Assembly (NCBI GenBank): GCA_028534125.1
Contig: CM052816.1
Span: forward strand, 93,064,001 to 93,128,000
Length of the DNA stretch: 64,000 nucleotides
Direction: 5' to 3'
From: Lama glama
Lineage: Eukaryota
This document shows positions 12,801 to 24,766 of the stretch, piece after piece (within the stretch, counting starts at the first letter, position 1; each line of letters opens with the position of its first letter). A program made the position numbers and the translations under genes. The notes under the pieces are model-generated. The model was given only the letters and a program-made list of their open reading frames with translations, was not told the DNA's origin and searched no databases.

Positions 12801-15341
12801 CAGGGTCAAAGTCTTGGTCACGCCATGTTTATTCACATGCTGATCATCTTAGTGTTATCCCAAGAATGCACCTAATTTAATCTTCACAAATACCTTTCAA
12901 GTTTGGACTTCTGTCTCTGTTTTGTAGATGATGTTAAGGTCTTTCATGGAGCTGGAGATTGTCAACCTGGAGCTAAAATGATTGTGTGTAGTTGATGGAC
13001 AGTTTATGTGCACAAACATGTAGGCCTGGGTTTGATTCTACAGGGTTAAAGGCAAAGGTTAGCATATTGAAAACAATTGGATGGATGGGTTTGTCTTGAG
13101 AAGTCACAGAGCTTTATTATGAAGGTACATGGCACTGGGTCTTTGGATTTGTGTTTTAAAATCTCAGGTCTCTTGTCTGTATTAACTTTTTCTTTCCAGA
13201 TTCTTATATTGCTATTTTTTATTCAAATTTTCTCTTACTTCTTGTGTTAATGTTGATAACCATTCATTTTCTAGAGTTTAAATGTAGGATATAAATTCCT
13301 ACATTTAGAATTCCTCTTATAAACTTTTAAATATCCACTGTCCACTTTCTTATTCTGATCATTTGTGTGTTTGCTCTTTTTTTCATAATTACACTTGTCA
13401 AAGTTTTTTTCCCTTGTTCTTTCCACAATCAGATACCAGTTTCAGTGATTTAATTTAGTGTATTGTTGACTTGTTTCAGTGTTTTCTCTTGTATTATCTG
13501 CATCAATTCTTTTAATTTCTTTTTTTTTTTTCATATTAACTTTTGAACCAACGAGAAGGAGACCAAATGCTAGAGAAGAGACAGAGCCTAGCTGTCACCT
13601 AGTCCAACACTTTGATTTTGAGTTTGCAGAAACCGGAGCCTGGAGAAGTTCAATGACAGCTGCAAGGTCTTGCAGTTAGTGGCAGCGCTTTGACTGGACC
13701 CCATTCTTACACCAGGGCTTGTCTGTGTACGTGACATTGCTTCGCCTTGAAAGGAGCACTTGTGTCTTGTGAGGTAGCACATTAGTCCGTCTTTCATTCC
13801 AAGGTAGCAGTAATATCCCTTGTCACCAAAGTGCAGAAATGTTTTAAATGTTGTTCGAGATTTCCTTGGACGTTGAATAGAATTTTGGCCATTCCCCGCC
13901 CCCCCCACCCCCGGGTTAGTGCTTGTTCATGCAACACAAAATAATTTTAATGTGATTCTTAAAAAAAAAAATCCCATAATTGGCCTCTTGCCTTCGTCAT
14001 TCCACACTGCTCTCCAAGTGTCTTAGATGTTTCCCAGGCCAAGAGGGCACGCCACTGCCAACTGGTCATCTGACTGTTTGTTGCTGTAGTTCCCTGGCAG
14101 CCAGCAAGCTGCAGGTTTAAGTTTAGAGACTGACAATGTACTGATCTGATCACTAAATATTTGTTTAACATTATTGACTTTTTGTGGTAGTAAAAAAAAA
14201 GTCCCTCATTGTTCCAGGATACCTTAGTATCGGGCAGTGAAAGTTGAGATTATAAACACTGTGGTCTTCCACATGGAATGGGCTTTCCTTCATGTTACAC
14301 ATCATTAGGAGATGGAATAATCAGTTTCTGTAAGAATGTATTTGATGATTAACATGCTTTTAAATAGAGCTCTGAAAATACTTACTTTAAAGACACCTTG
14401 ATAATTTGCTTTGTATATATAAAATTGCTTTGGACTTTTTTTCCCCCTGTTATATTTAAGTAAAAATAAAATGATTAGTTTTCTATTTTAAAGGCCAACC
14501 TCTCCTCTCCTTCACTATGAATATATAGTTTTTTCCTTTGGAATCTTATAAAGTCAGGACAGAATAATGTGTTGCCATGGCAGAATTTTAGAGAAGTTTC
14601 TATATCCTTTGGAAACCTTAGTTGGTTTACATCCTGACTTTCTGGTACTCTGGTTTTTGAATTTCTTTTTGGCTACCCAGCGTTTGCCATCTTGCTGATG
14701 TGTTGCTGCATTCTTGACTCCCCTGGTAACCTGCTGTGTCTTCAAGCTGCTGAAGACATTTAGTACAAACTCAGAAAGATCACTTTGAGAAAAGCATCTT
14801 ATTCCTCCCTGCCAACAATGTGGACAATATTCAAAGAATAGGACATTTTCCTGGTTTTAGTACATTTGAAAAGAGGTTTAAATTTACTTTTATTTGATAT
14901 TTATGGGACATATACTTTGTATTAGGACCTGTGTTAGTTCCTTTTTAAGGAGATGGCAAGAAAATAGGTAGATTGTTTATTTTTTAAAAAATCTTAACGT
15001 CTCCCTGCACCTCCCCTTTAAATTCTTCCCTCAGGAAGTCCCTTCAGGCTTGGAAAAACAAATACAAATAGCATAGGTCTAGCAATGGCCTTTCAGTCAC
15101 TCTGAAAACTTTTTCCTCTTTACTCTGTCTTAAATCTTTTGTATCTTGAAAAAATTCTCATTGACTCTAAATTCCCCTCTGTCTACTAGTACCACATCTC
15201 TGTCCTTTAGAGTCAAGTTTCTGGAAAGAATAGTTTATATGCAGTTGTCTTTATGTTTCTTTTTTCCCAATCATTCTTTTCTCAAGTCTATATCCATTCT
15301 CTTTCTGTCCAACCAATGAAATTATTCTAACAAGTGTCACT

Positions 15342-15953
15342 CTGTTATCTACTGCTCCGTAACAAACTGTACCAGAACTTAACAGCTTAATTATCTATTA
15401 TCAGCTTTATAATATCTATTATCAGCTTTATAATATCTATTATCTATTTGTTTAGCTTTCAGTTATCTATTAACAGTTATCTATTATCTCTCTTGAGTCC
15501 GTGAGTGGCTGGGCTCAGCTGGGTGTTTCTTCTGTTTCACGTGGCATTGGCTGGGTTGCAGTCATCTGTAGGCTTGTTAGGTTGGAATGTCTAAGATAGT
15601 TTGCAAGTTGGTGCTGGAGTGTCAGCTAGGAGATCAATTGGGGCTGGTGGCCAGGATGCCTTGACTTTTTTCCCCATGTGGTCTCCCCCTGTGGTTTGGA
15701 CTTCTCATAGTGTGGTGGCTGGGTTCCTAGGGAGAATTCCCAACTGCAAAGGCAGAAGCTGGAGGTCTCTTAAGGACTAGCCTAGGAAGTTTTACAGTCT
15801 CACTTCTTCCCACATTCTTTGGGTAAAAACTGGTCCCAGGGCCAGTTAAATTCAAGAGGAGGGAAAATAGAGTCTATCTCTTGGTAGGTTGGTGGCACAG
15901 TCACATTGTAGAAGAGGTGAGGGGTGCTCCTGCCATCCTGTAAACGCAATTAC
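15342..15953. mobile_element. MaLR (MLT1-type) solo LTR
   Basis: GTAACAAACT...AACTTAACAGCTT, GGCTGGGCTCAGCTGGG, CAGTCTCACTTCTTCCCACATTC, GGCCAGTTAAATTCAAGAGGAGGG motifs. Confidence 0.7.
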
Positions 15954-16538
15954 AAGTAAGATCTAGCCCATAATGTCTATTTTTTTGGGTATTTTTCCCT
16001 TTATAATACTTCACAGACTTCTTTTTAGTTTAATACAGACTATTGCAACTTGTGTAACAGCTGCAGAATATTCAACAATATGGATGTGCCTTAATTATTC
16101 AACCATATTACCCTTGGTGGATGTTCAACTTTCAATTCATTTTTTGAATTAAGTGCATTATCTTTAATGCTAACCAGTAGCTCCTGCTGGGAAGAGGAAA
16201 GGTAGTCCCTCTGGATCCCATCTTATACTTAACGAACAGCTATTAAACCCCAGATATGCAGAGCACTATAGAGGTAAACACTACCAAATGACCTCAAAAA
16301 AAACTCACAGCCGAGTTGGCAGAATGTGAACAGAAAATGGGACTGTGACAGGATGGCATTATGGTTGCTACAGGGGCATCAGATTTATGCAGGGGCATTA
16401 ATACGGCTTCAGAGAAGAAGCAAAAGGGAGGATTCCCCTTTAGCACAGGACTGAGGAGGGGTAGACATCCAGGAAAACTTTCAGGAAGAGGTGGCTTGAG
16501 CCTAGAGCTGAGGGAGAACTGGGCACACTCCCTGGGGT

Positions 16539-17038
16539 NNNNNNNNNNNNNNNNNNNNNNNNNNNNNNNNNNNNNNNNNNNNNNNNNNNNNNNNNNNNNN
16601 NNNNNNNNNNNNNNNNNNNNNNNNNNNNNNNNNNNNNNNNNNNNNNNNNNNNNNNNNNNNNNNNNNNNNNNNNNNNNNNNNNNNNNNNNNNNNNNNNNNN
16701 NNNNNNNNNNNNNNNNNNNNNNNNNNNNNNNNNNNNNNNNNNNNNNNNNNNNNNNNNNNNNNNNNNNNNNNNNNNNNNNNNNNNNNNNNNNNNNNNNNNN
16801 NNNNNNNNNNNNNNNNNNNNNNNNNNNNNNNNNNNNNNNNNNNNNNNNNNNNNNNNNNNNNNNNNNNNNNNNNNNNNNNNNNNNNNNNNNNNNNNNNNNN
16901 NNNNNNNNNNNNNNNNNNNNNNNNNNNNNNNNNNNNNNNNNNNNNNNNNNNNNNNNNNNNNNNNNNNNNNNNNNNNNNNNNNNNNNNNNNNNNNNNNNNN
17001 NNNNNNNNNNNNNNNNNNNNNNNNNNNNNNNNNNNNNN
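16539..17038. other. Assembly gap (500 N) in intron 1
   Basis: Run of exactly 500 N. Confidence 0.99.
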
Positions 17039-17283
17039 TGTCTGGCTGGTAGATGATTTTTATTTTTCTTTTGGCTTCCCTGTGTTATAAAATTTCAAAA
17101 CAATTGAGCACATCTTACTTTCGTAATAGAAATAACGTTATTTCTTAAAATAGAAGATAGTACATAAACACTGGTACCATTAAGCTGTTTTCTGAATACC
17201 CAAGACTTGAAAAAGCAACAATAGTATGAAATGATTACAAAATGAATCCATTTGAGAACAGCATGTTTCTTCCTTTCTTGTAG

Positions 17284-17418
17284 CAAAGACTGAAGGAGGA
17301 GAAGGAAGCCAAGCGGGCTCGTTTGGATGGTCGACATGACTACATATTTGGGATTGTGGCTTCCTGCGTGGACCTGAACAAAGCTGAAGTGGAGGACGCC
17401 CTTCTTGAGGGGACTCAG
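17284..17418 (+). CDS. DNAH5: DNAH5 exon 2 (135 bp)
   Basis: tag|[23 protein letters not shown]...LLEGTQ; donor CAG|gtgcgg. Confidence 0.95.
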
Positions 17419-18102
17419 GTGCGGTCCATTTGAGCTCTCGCTCACTTGGTGGTAGAGGGCACACAGGGTCTACGGCACTGTCCTGTGGCAGGATCTGTGC
17501 TGGGTCTTAGAGGAGGGTGTCTGTTTCAGTATGGACGGGACTCCGTCCTGACTTAGTACAGGTGGTGGCAGAGTGAGCTTAGGGATCTCCAACTCTCCAT
17601 GTTGAATGAGGGACGTAAAATTGTTATTTGAGTTCCCTTTTTCTGATGGCGATGTCTGCATCTCTCTACACCCAGTGGAGCTGGGCTCAGGCGCCATTTT
17701 GGAACCTGAAGGTTTGAGAACCGAATCTCTTCTTAGCTGCTTATTTATCTCTTTTTGAGTTTATCCTGTTCTAACCCAGGAGATTGAATTGTGCTGTAGT
17801 TTTCTGGCTTTGACTTTGATTTGGCAGCTGAATCTTGTTTCTTCTGTTCCTGAACTTGACTTGCATTTTCTGCCACGATTTCCCTCCAAAAGCCTGGGAT
17901 GTGATTTGGTTGGTGATTTGACCTTGGGTGGGGAAGACCAAACAGGAGAAGATATAGTTTCTTGGGCACTGAGAAAGTCGTTCCAGGGGGTCTATAATGT
18001 TTCCTCAAAAAATTTTTTTTAATTTGTTAGGGGTTAAAAAAGAAACAAAGAAAGGGAAGCAAGGAAGAAGCCGTTTTTGTTGGCAGAGGTGCCACGTTGT
18101 TG

Positions 18103-18320
18103 ACAGTGCTTTTCAGTGATAGGCTTGTAAACGTTTAACAGTCGGCTTTGGGCAAGAGGGTGGAGGGAGGCACTCGTTTGAGCATTTGCTGAGTCTGTGG
18201 TGTAATATTCCCAATGTGGCTGATTCCACACTACCAACATGACGTCACTAAACACTGAGTTGGGAAGAGTTGTGTCAATTGGCTGGCTGAGCCTGCCTGA
18301 GCCAACTCCAGGCCTCTGCT
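18103..18320. mobile_element. MER63-like hAT DNA transposon relic
   Basis: GCTGATT...CTACCAACATGACGTCACTAAACACTGAGTTGGGAAGAG resembles the recalled MER63 consensus. Confidence 0.6.
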
Positions 18321-19069
18321 GGCCTTGTCCCTTCCTGCTGTGTCACTTGGGGAGAGTTAATTGGAGTCAGTAGAACAATCAAGGGTGGATAACACTAAAA
18401 TGGTTGAACTATAGAGTGAGTCAATTAGGAGTTGAGGAAATGTCCTTTTCCTCCTTGTAGCTAACATTTACTAGATATTTACCATGTGTCAGTCTCTGTT
18501 CTGATTTTCATCTATTATCCCATTTAATTTTCATAACACCAGGAAGTAGATAATATTATCCCTCCAAATTGGAGGCATAGAAAGAGACAAGTTCACATAG
18601 CTGGTGCAGTCTTGGGGAGATCATTCCAGAGGTGAAATGCTTAACTCTACCCTATGTCCCAATTTAGACATCTGGGTTTGAGATAACGCAGGTGGAATAA
18701 CTGAATAAAGGTTCTGCACTATAGGAATCCCAAGTCCAACTCTGTGCCCTATTCAGGACCAGGACTGTTGGAATTTGGAGGCTTAAAAACATCTTCCTGG
18801 CTCAGGCTCACTGAGCCTGAGGGCCTAGAGGGGCAGGAGCTTTCATACCGTCCGTGATGGAAGCACCTCCCTCATCACATTCTTAGCTTGAAAGTTAATC
18901 TTAATGAGTACATTCTACTCATCTGTGTGGCATCCATAATCAAGGAAATGTAACAAACAGGGCGACTTGCTCTTATTTATGAATTATAGTTTTATCTATA
19001 ACATGATAGAAGTTGAAGGGGATCTTTTGTTTTACACTTAAATTTTCAGGCTAAATTTTATTCTTTAAA

Positions 19070-19780
19070 AATTTTTTATTTTAAATTGCCGTAAAATGCA
19101 CATTAAATTTATCACCTTAGTCATTTCTTAATTGTACCATTCAGTAATGTTAAGTACATTCACATTATTCTGCAGCCAATCTACAAAACTCTTTTGATCT
19201 TGCAAAACTGAAACTGTATCCTTTAAACAACAACTCCCCATCCTCCGCTTTCTCCAGCCTCTGTCAGTCACCATTCTACTTTCTGTCTCTATGAATTTGG
19301 CTACTTTAGATACATCATATACATGTAATTATACAGTATTTGCTTTTCGGCTGCTGGCTTATTTCACTTCTCAAGATGTCTTCAACGTTCATCAACTTTA
19401 TAGCATGTGTCAGTGTGTCAAAAATGTTTTGAGGCTGAATAATATTTCATCATGTGTATGTCCTACATTTTATTTATTTATCCATCAGTTGGTGAATAGC
19501 TGGGCTGTTTCCACCTTTTGGCTACTCTAAATGGTGCTGCTTTGAACATGGATGCACAAATATCTCTTCACCATCCTGCTTTCAGTTCTTTTGGGCACAG
19601 AATGGTTGAATCATATAATAATTCTACTTTTAATTTTTTGAGGAACTGCCACACTGTTTCTCCCAGCAGCTGCACCATTTCACATTCCCACTGACAGTGT
19701 ACAGGAGTTCCAGTTTCTCCACATCGTCACCAACATTTATTGTCTTTTGGTTTATTGACAGTAGCCATCCCAACTGCTAT
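19070..19780 (-). mobile_element. Old L1 (L1MA/MB-type) 3' region
   Basis: ACCATTCTACTTTCTGTCTCTATGAATTTG, TTTTGAGGAACTGCCACACTGTTT, CATTCCCACTGACAGTGTACAGGAGTTCCAGTTTCTCCACATC. Confidence 0.85.
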
Positions 19781-19875
19781 GTAGATTTTATAATTTTTTC
19801 TTCCCATTTGAGTTCAGAATTTTGCTATTGACTGTTTTAAAGAGTCGCTTCTATTGGTAGCAGGCCGGATGGCAG

Positions 19876-20021
19876 ACCTCTGCATGTACAGTGAACCCCA
19901 TGGGTGGGACCAAGTTGCTTTAGGATGGAGTGCTCCATAGTCATAGGTGTTACCTCTGCACGTACAGTGAACCCCATGGGTGGGACCAAGTTGCTTTAGG
20001 ATGGAGTGCTCTGTAGTCATA
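19876..20021. repeat. Tandem duplication, 76-bp period
   Basis: ACCTCTGCA(T/C)GTACAGTGAACCCCATGGGTGGGACCAAG... starts at 19876 and 19952; 3 mismatches in 70 aligned bp. Confidence 0.95.
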
Positions 20022-20447
20022 CATGCTCTCGTCATGGCAGTTTAATATTACTTACCTGCAGTATGTTAGACTGGATTTTGAAAGGTTTGTTCTCACTTTC
20101 TGATCTGCAGTAGGGTGAAAATGAAATACTCGTCTGTATTTATACCTGTCTTTAGCAGTTCAACACTTTAGGAAATTAGCAAACTTGGAGGGACAATCTC
20201 TTTTCAAATGTGCGTATGTATCAAATACTTTTATGACTAATCAAATTACTTCTTTGAATTGAATCTTTACTAAAATTAAGTAAGACATTAAGTAAGATGT
20301 TTATTCTTTCATGATTTTTGTGTTAAAAAAATATGATCCCTTCTACATGGTTTACGTGAGTGGCAATCCTATCTGAATAAGAAAGATGACAGTCAGTGCT
20401 GATTTAAATGTGGTTTCTGATTCACCCTGGCCCTTTTGTCCCCCCAG

Positions 20448-20532
20448 ATTGAAAGAATCGACCAGCTTTTTGCTGTTGGAGGTCTCCGCCACCTCATGTT
20501 TTACTATCAGGATGTGGAGGTGGCAGAAACAG
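20448..20532 (+). CDS. DNAH5: DNAH5 exon 3 (85 bp)
   Basis: cag|[31 protein letters not shown]; donor G|gtatgc. Confidence 0.95.
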
Positions 20533-22222
20533 GTATGCAAACATGATGTGACGTAACCCAGACATGTGTTGTTGGATTTATCCACTCATGACGTGACGCA
20601 GAAGGCACTGTGAGAACTGGCCGCTTCTACCTGGGAGGTGGGGCAGGTGGGAGTAGTAAGGTGTGGTGGGTGAGGCCCAGTGGAACAGGTTCTGTTTTCA
20701 TCTCAAGCAAAGGGCAGATAATGGTGGGTATTTAGCCTGATTGGTCTAACTTTATTTGGGCTATTTTGTTTTCCTTTTCAGGCTGTGCTGTAATTGAAGA
20801 TAATAAAATAATGTACGTTTTGAGCCTTCCTTTTCTTATGTGTTCGTTCAATCTATGCAGTTATGTTCTGGAACTTCTTTTGGGCAGCTGTTTCTTCTCT
20901 ATTTCTTTTTAACATAGAAAATGTTGGCAGTGAGCATAACAGGAATTTTCCAGTTAAATATCACATCATGTTTATTTTCTACTGACTGTGATTCAAATGA
21001 ATAATATTGAACGACAAGTTTAGTCATTTTCATTTAAGGGAAACTTGCAAATCTTTATGCGGATTCAACTGACATATCCCATTCTACTTTTATGTGAATT
21101 AATATAATTTTAAAGCCAAACTAGGGACATAAACAGATATGTTGTGATTATATTAAAATATCACGTGCAGTCCTTTTATGCCCTTTCTGAAGAAAGGGAA
21201 AATAGTTACTGCCCTTGGCGTAGAGAATGACCATGCTTTTTTGTTTGAAAATGGAGGAAATCATGCATACTCAAAGTGACCGGCATTTTCCCCACATTAT
21301 CCATTTGATATCTTGTGGTCAGAAAGGGCATTACATTTTGAGTGAAAAATCAAAACAAGACAGAAATTTTCAGTTCTATCCCAGATTACAAAACATAAGG
21401 TCAGGTGAATGTTACCTTCACTCATGAACTGTGCACCTGGGGAAGCTGGCCTTTAGGTGTAAATCTTACATCGAATAAGAAGGGTTCACGGGGTGTAAAC
21501 ACACATGCAAGCTTGTTCTTGTTTCCTACTCTTTCTCTAAACCTTCTCAGTAGGAGTAGCTTTTTTTCTGACCTTGGACTGAAATTAAGACAATCCCATG
21601 ACTTTTCTGGACGCTCTTAGGTAGGAAAAGTTCCTATGGTTGCTTATAGTTACAAACATCATCCAATTCACAAAACTAAAACTAAAAATACACAATTTGT
21701 CAAAACTAGTTGATCTAAAGTTAAATCTTCTCCACTCTTGGTCCTTCCTCTTCCTTGCATCCCCCACTCGCTGGCAGCAGAGGCCTCAGAAATTCGACAT
21801 TTTCGGTGGGAGAAGGGCCCATGGTTCTCCTTTTCTCCCTCAACTTACCCTTCAGCCCCTTGCTCCCATCATGTTAACCCCAGTTTCTGACGGTGTCGGG
21901 CTTGAAGCAGGGCAGAGACAAGGGGTAGGTAAGAGATGGCAGCAGAGCTTTTTCTTGACTGGCACCTGCCATGAGCTGGCTGACCTGGATTCTCTGGGCC
22001 TGGCTCAGATGAGAGGACTGAGGCACAGAAAGATTAAGTAACTCACTCGGGTCACGTGGCTAGGAAGTGCAGCATGAGATGGAAGCCTGGGGAATCTGTC
22101 TGTAGAGCCCACACCACTCATCACTGCCGCCACTGCCTCCACTCTCTCCTGCCTCCAGGACCAGCAAGACCACGACAGCAGGAGTGGAGATGCTGGAGTT
22201 CTGTAGTCAGAACTGTCTTTTT

Positions 22223-22369
22223 GGCAGGAGGGTATAGCTCAAGCGGTAGAGCGTATGCTTAGCATGCATGAGGTCCTGGGTTCAATCCCCAGTACCTCCT
22301 CTAAAAATAAATATAAAACCTAATTACCTTCCCCTGCCAAAAAAATAATAATACAAAAAAAAAAAAAGA
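22223..22369 (+). mobile_element. tRNA-Ala-derived SINE (camelid Vic-1 type), full length
   Basis: A box TAGCTCAAGCGG, B box GGTTCAATCC, AAACCTAATTACC tail, poly(A), approximate TSD AGAACTGTCTTTTT/AGAACTGGTTTTT. Confidence 0.9.
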
Positions 22370-22677
22370 AGAACTGGTTTTTGATCTTGGCTCTGTTGGC
22401 TGTGACTTGGGGCCGGGTCACAGCTGCCTTCAGGGTTGTAGGGAGTTTGAGTAATGCAGACATGGTACCAAGCACAGGGCCTGGCACACGACACATGCTG
22501 GTAGATCCTGTCTCCTCCCTCACCCTTTCTCACTGCGCCCATGAATGATGACTTTGTAGCTCTAGCAAGAATCTGCTCTGGACCAAACTGTCTTATTCCT
22601 GCTCCTTCCATTCCTGTTTTTTCCTAGAACAATAATTTTGAAATGAACCTGTGATCTGGAATCAAGCAGATCCTTTT

Positions 22678-22796
22678 ATTTATTATTGTTTATTTATTTT
22701 TTATTGACATACAATTGGCTTGCAATATTATGTTAGTTTCAGGTGTACAACATGGTGAGTTGATACTTTTTACATCACAAAATGATCACCATGAAA
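22678..22796 (-). mobile_element. Short L1 3' end with TSD
   Basis: T-rich tail, TGTTAGTTTCAGGTGTACAACA; flanked by AAGCAGATCCTTTT / AAGCAGACCTTTTT. Confidence 0.75.
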
Positions 22797-22971
22797 AAGC
22801 AGACCTTTTTAGATCCCTTCAGGGCCCACGTTAGAGGTTGTCCAGGTGGTGGAGTTTCTAGGGCACATGGAAAAGTCAACATGACAGTGTTTAACAATGA
22901 AACTTCATTTGAAGAGGTGACCACATGTACTGTAAACAGTTTGTAAAACTAAAATTCTTCTGCATTTGTAG

Positions 22972-23132
22972 GACAACTCGGCTCTCCAGGAGGAGCCAAT
23001 CCTATTTCTGGAAAGGTGAAAAAACCTCAGGTGTTTGTGACCGAGGGAAAAGATGTTGCTCTTACTGGGGTTTGTGTGTTCTTCATCCGGACCAACCCTT
23101 CCAGAGCCATCACCCCTGAGAACATCCACCGG
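22972..23132 (+). CDS. DNAH5: DNAH5 exon 4 (161 bp)
   Basis: tag|[42 protein letters not shown]...NIHR; donor CGG|gtaaga. Confidence 0.95.
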
Positions 23133-23465
23133 GTAAGAGGCAGCTGCAGTCCTTCATCCCGAATTGCACCAAATCACACAAAGTCTACCAAAAAATCCCT
23201 CCCTATGGAGACAGCCATTCTCTTCATTAAATATTTAAAACTGCTTTCAAAGAAGTGTGTTACAAGCACTTAAAACAAACAGCTAAGAGGACATTTCCTT
23301 GAAATCTGTTAAAAGGACTTAATATCCAATTTATTGACAAAATTTTATATAGCATTGTGTGTGTCTGTTAAACAGTGAGGTCTTTCCTTTTAAAAAGAAT
23401 TCCCCTATATATAATTTACTTAATGGTAAATTTCAGACATTTAAAATAAGATCTAGTAAAGTGGA

Positions 23466-23697
23466 TATAGCCTTGAACAACACAGGTTTGAACTGCATGG
23501 GTCCATTTATACATGGGTTTTTTTTTTCAATAATATATACTGCAGTACTATATGGTTCGCGGTTGGTTGAATCTGAGGAAGTGGGACCAGAGATAAGGAA
23601 CTGTAGATACGGATAGCCAACTTTAAGTTACACTCGGATTTTCTGACTGGGCGGAGGGTGGGAGGCCATAACCCCTGTGTTGCTCAAGGTCAACTCT
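23466..23697. mobile_element. Tigger2a-like TcMar MITE
   Basis: TIR-like ends CCTTGAACAACAC... and ...GTGTTGCTCAAGGTCAACT; internal GGTTTGAACTGCATGGGTCCA. Confidence 0.75.
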
Positions 23698-24544
23698 ATA
23701 ATTTTATTTTTTCTGCAAAATAAAGTGCATGTGGACAAGTCTCCTCTGCCCTCAATGGTGTGTTACCTGCTTGGAGCAAATAAACTGGTAAACGTCCTTG
23801 TGTTCTGTTTATTTCATGCTTTTATTTCAATGATTGTAATTTAGAATAGTATAAAGCTTATGTCTTAACTAAATATCAAAATAATTTACTGAATTGAAGG
23901 ACTGAATATACAAACAGACAAGGGTCAGACCATCTACAAGTAGAACTTTGATGCACAACTTTCAGCAACCTGCCCAGGAAATCAACCTCCTTACCTGCAA
24001 TAAACAGCATAGGTAGCCAGCCTGCTGTGTCAGCCAGGTAGGAAGCCAGCTGGGAAATGAAACAGTAACTCTGTATCCGTTGGTCAGAATGCCCAGGACT
24101 TGATTCATGACTGCCAGCCTCCTTCATTTTTGTCCATACTTTCAACAACTTTATTGGGACCAACCAGAGAAAGCCAAATCTTCACCATTAACCCATCACA
24201 TAGGATGCCCTGCTTCTCGTTAGCCTGCCTCCAGCTTCCCCAGGCCAACAGCCTCCCATCAGGGCACCTCGGTGCCTCCCTTTTCTCCACTAGGAAGCTT
24301 TCCCACTCCTCCGTCTGCCTTTGAGTCTCTGCCGAAATGCAGGTGATGGTGGCCGACTCTCTTGCTATCGCAAGGAATAGAGTCTTGCTCTGAATAAACA
24401 GCCTTTGCTTTGCTTCTCATGTGGTTGGTCTTCATTTACGCCCACAGGACATTTAGTTAATGAATGTCATGCAGAAATGACTCAGGAGTTACGCTGCAGT
24501 TGAGGGTCATTTTTATAGTAAATGTTCTCCCAATCGTTTTCCAG

Positions 24545-24766
24545 GAGGTGAGCTTCAATGTGTTAGACACCGCAGATGGGGGCCTGCTTAACAGCGTGAG
24601 ACGTTTGCTGTCCGACATCTTCATTCCTGCTCTCAGAGCCACGAGCCATGGCTGGGGCGAGCTCGAGGGGCTTCCGGAAGCAGCCAGTATTCGCCAGGAG
24701 TTCCTGGGCTCCCTGGAAGGCTTTGTGAATGTCCTGTCGGGTGCTCAGGAGAGTTTGAAGGAGAAG
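24545..24766 (+). CDS. DNAH5: DNAH5 exon 5 (222 bp)
   Basis: cag|[34 protein letters not shown]...ESLKEK; donor AAG|gtatga. Confidence 0.96.

Noticed and set aside
16361..17056. 231-aa ORF in the supplied track
   Set aside because: Long only because it runs through Ns
18240..18247. Full CRE palindrome TGACGTCA
   Set aside because: Lies within the MER63-like element and matches its recalled consensus; no independent support for function
19876..20021. CRISPR-like or tRNA-sized repeat unit
   Set aside because: Two adjacent copies with no spacers, no A/B boxes, and a mammalian context; simple tandem duplication
22226..22300. Possible tRNA-Ala(AGC) gene (also 40855-40933 and 50040-50117)
   Set aside because: Followed by a SINE-specific tail, poly(A) and TSDs, and present as several diverged copies; these are SINEs
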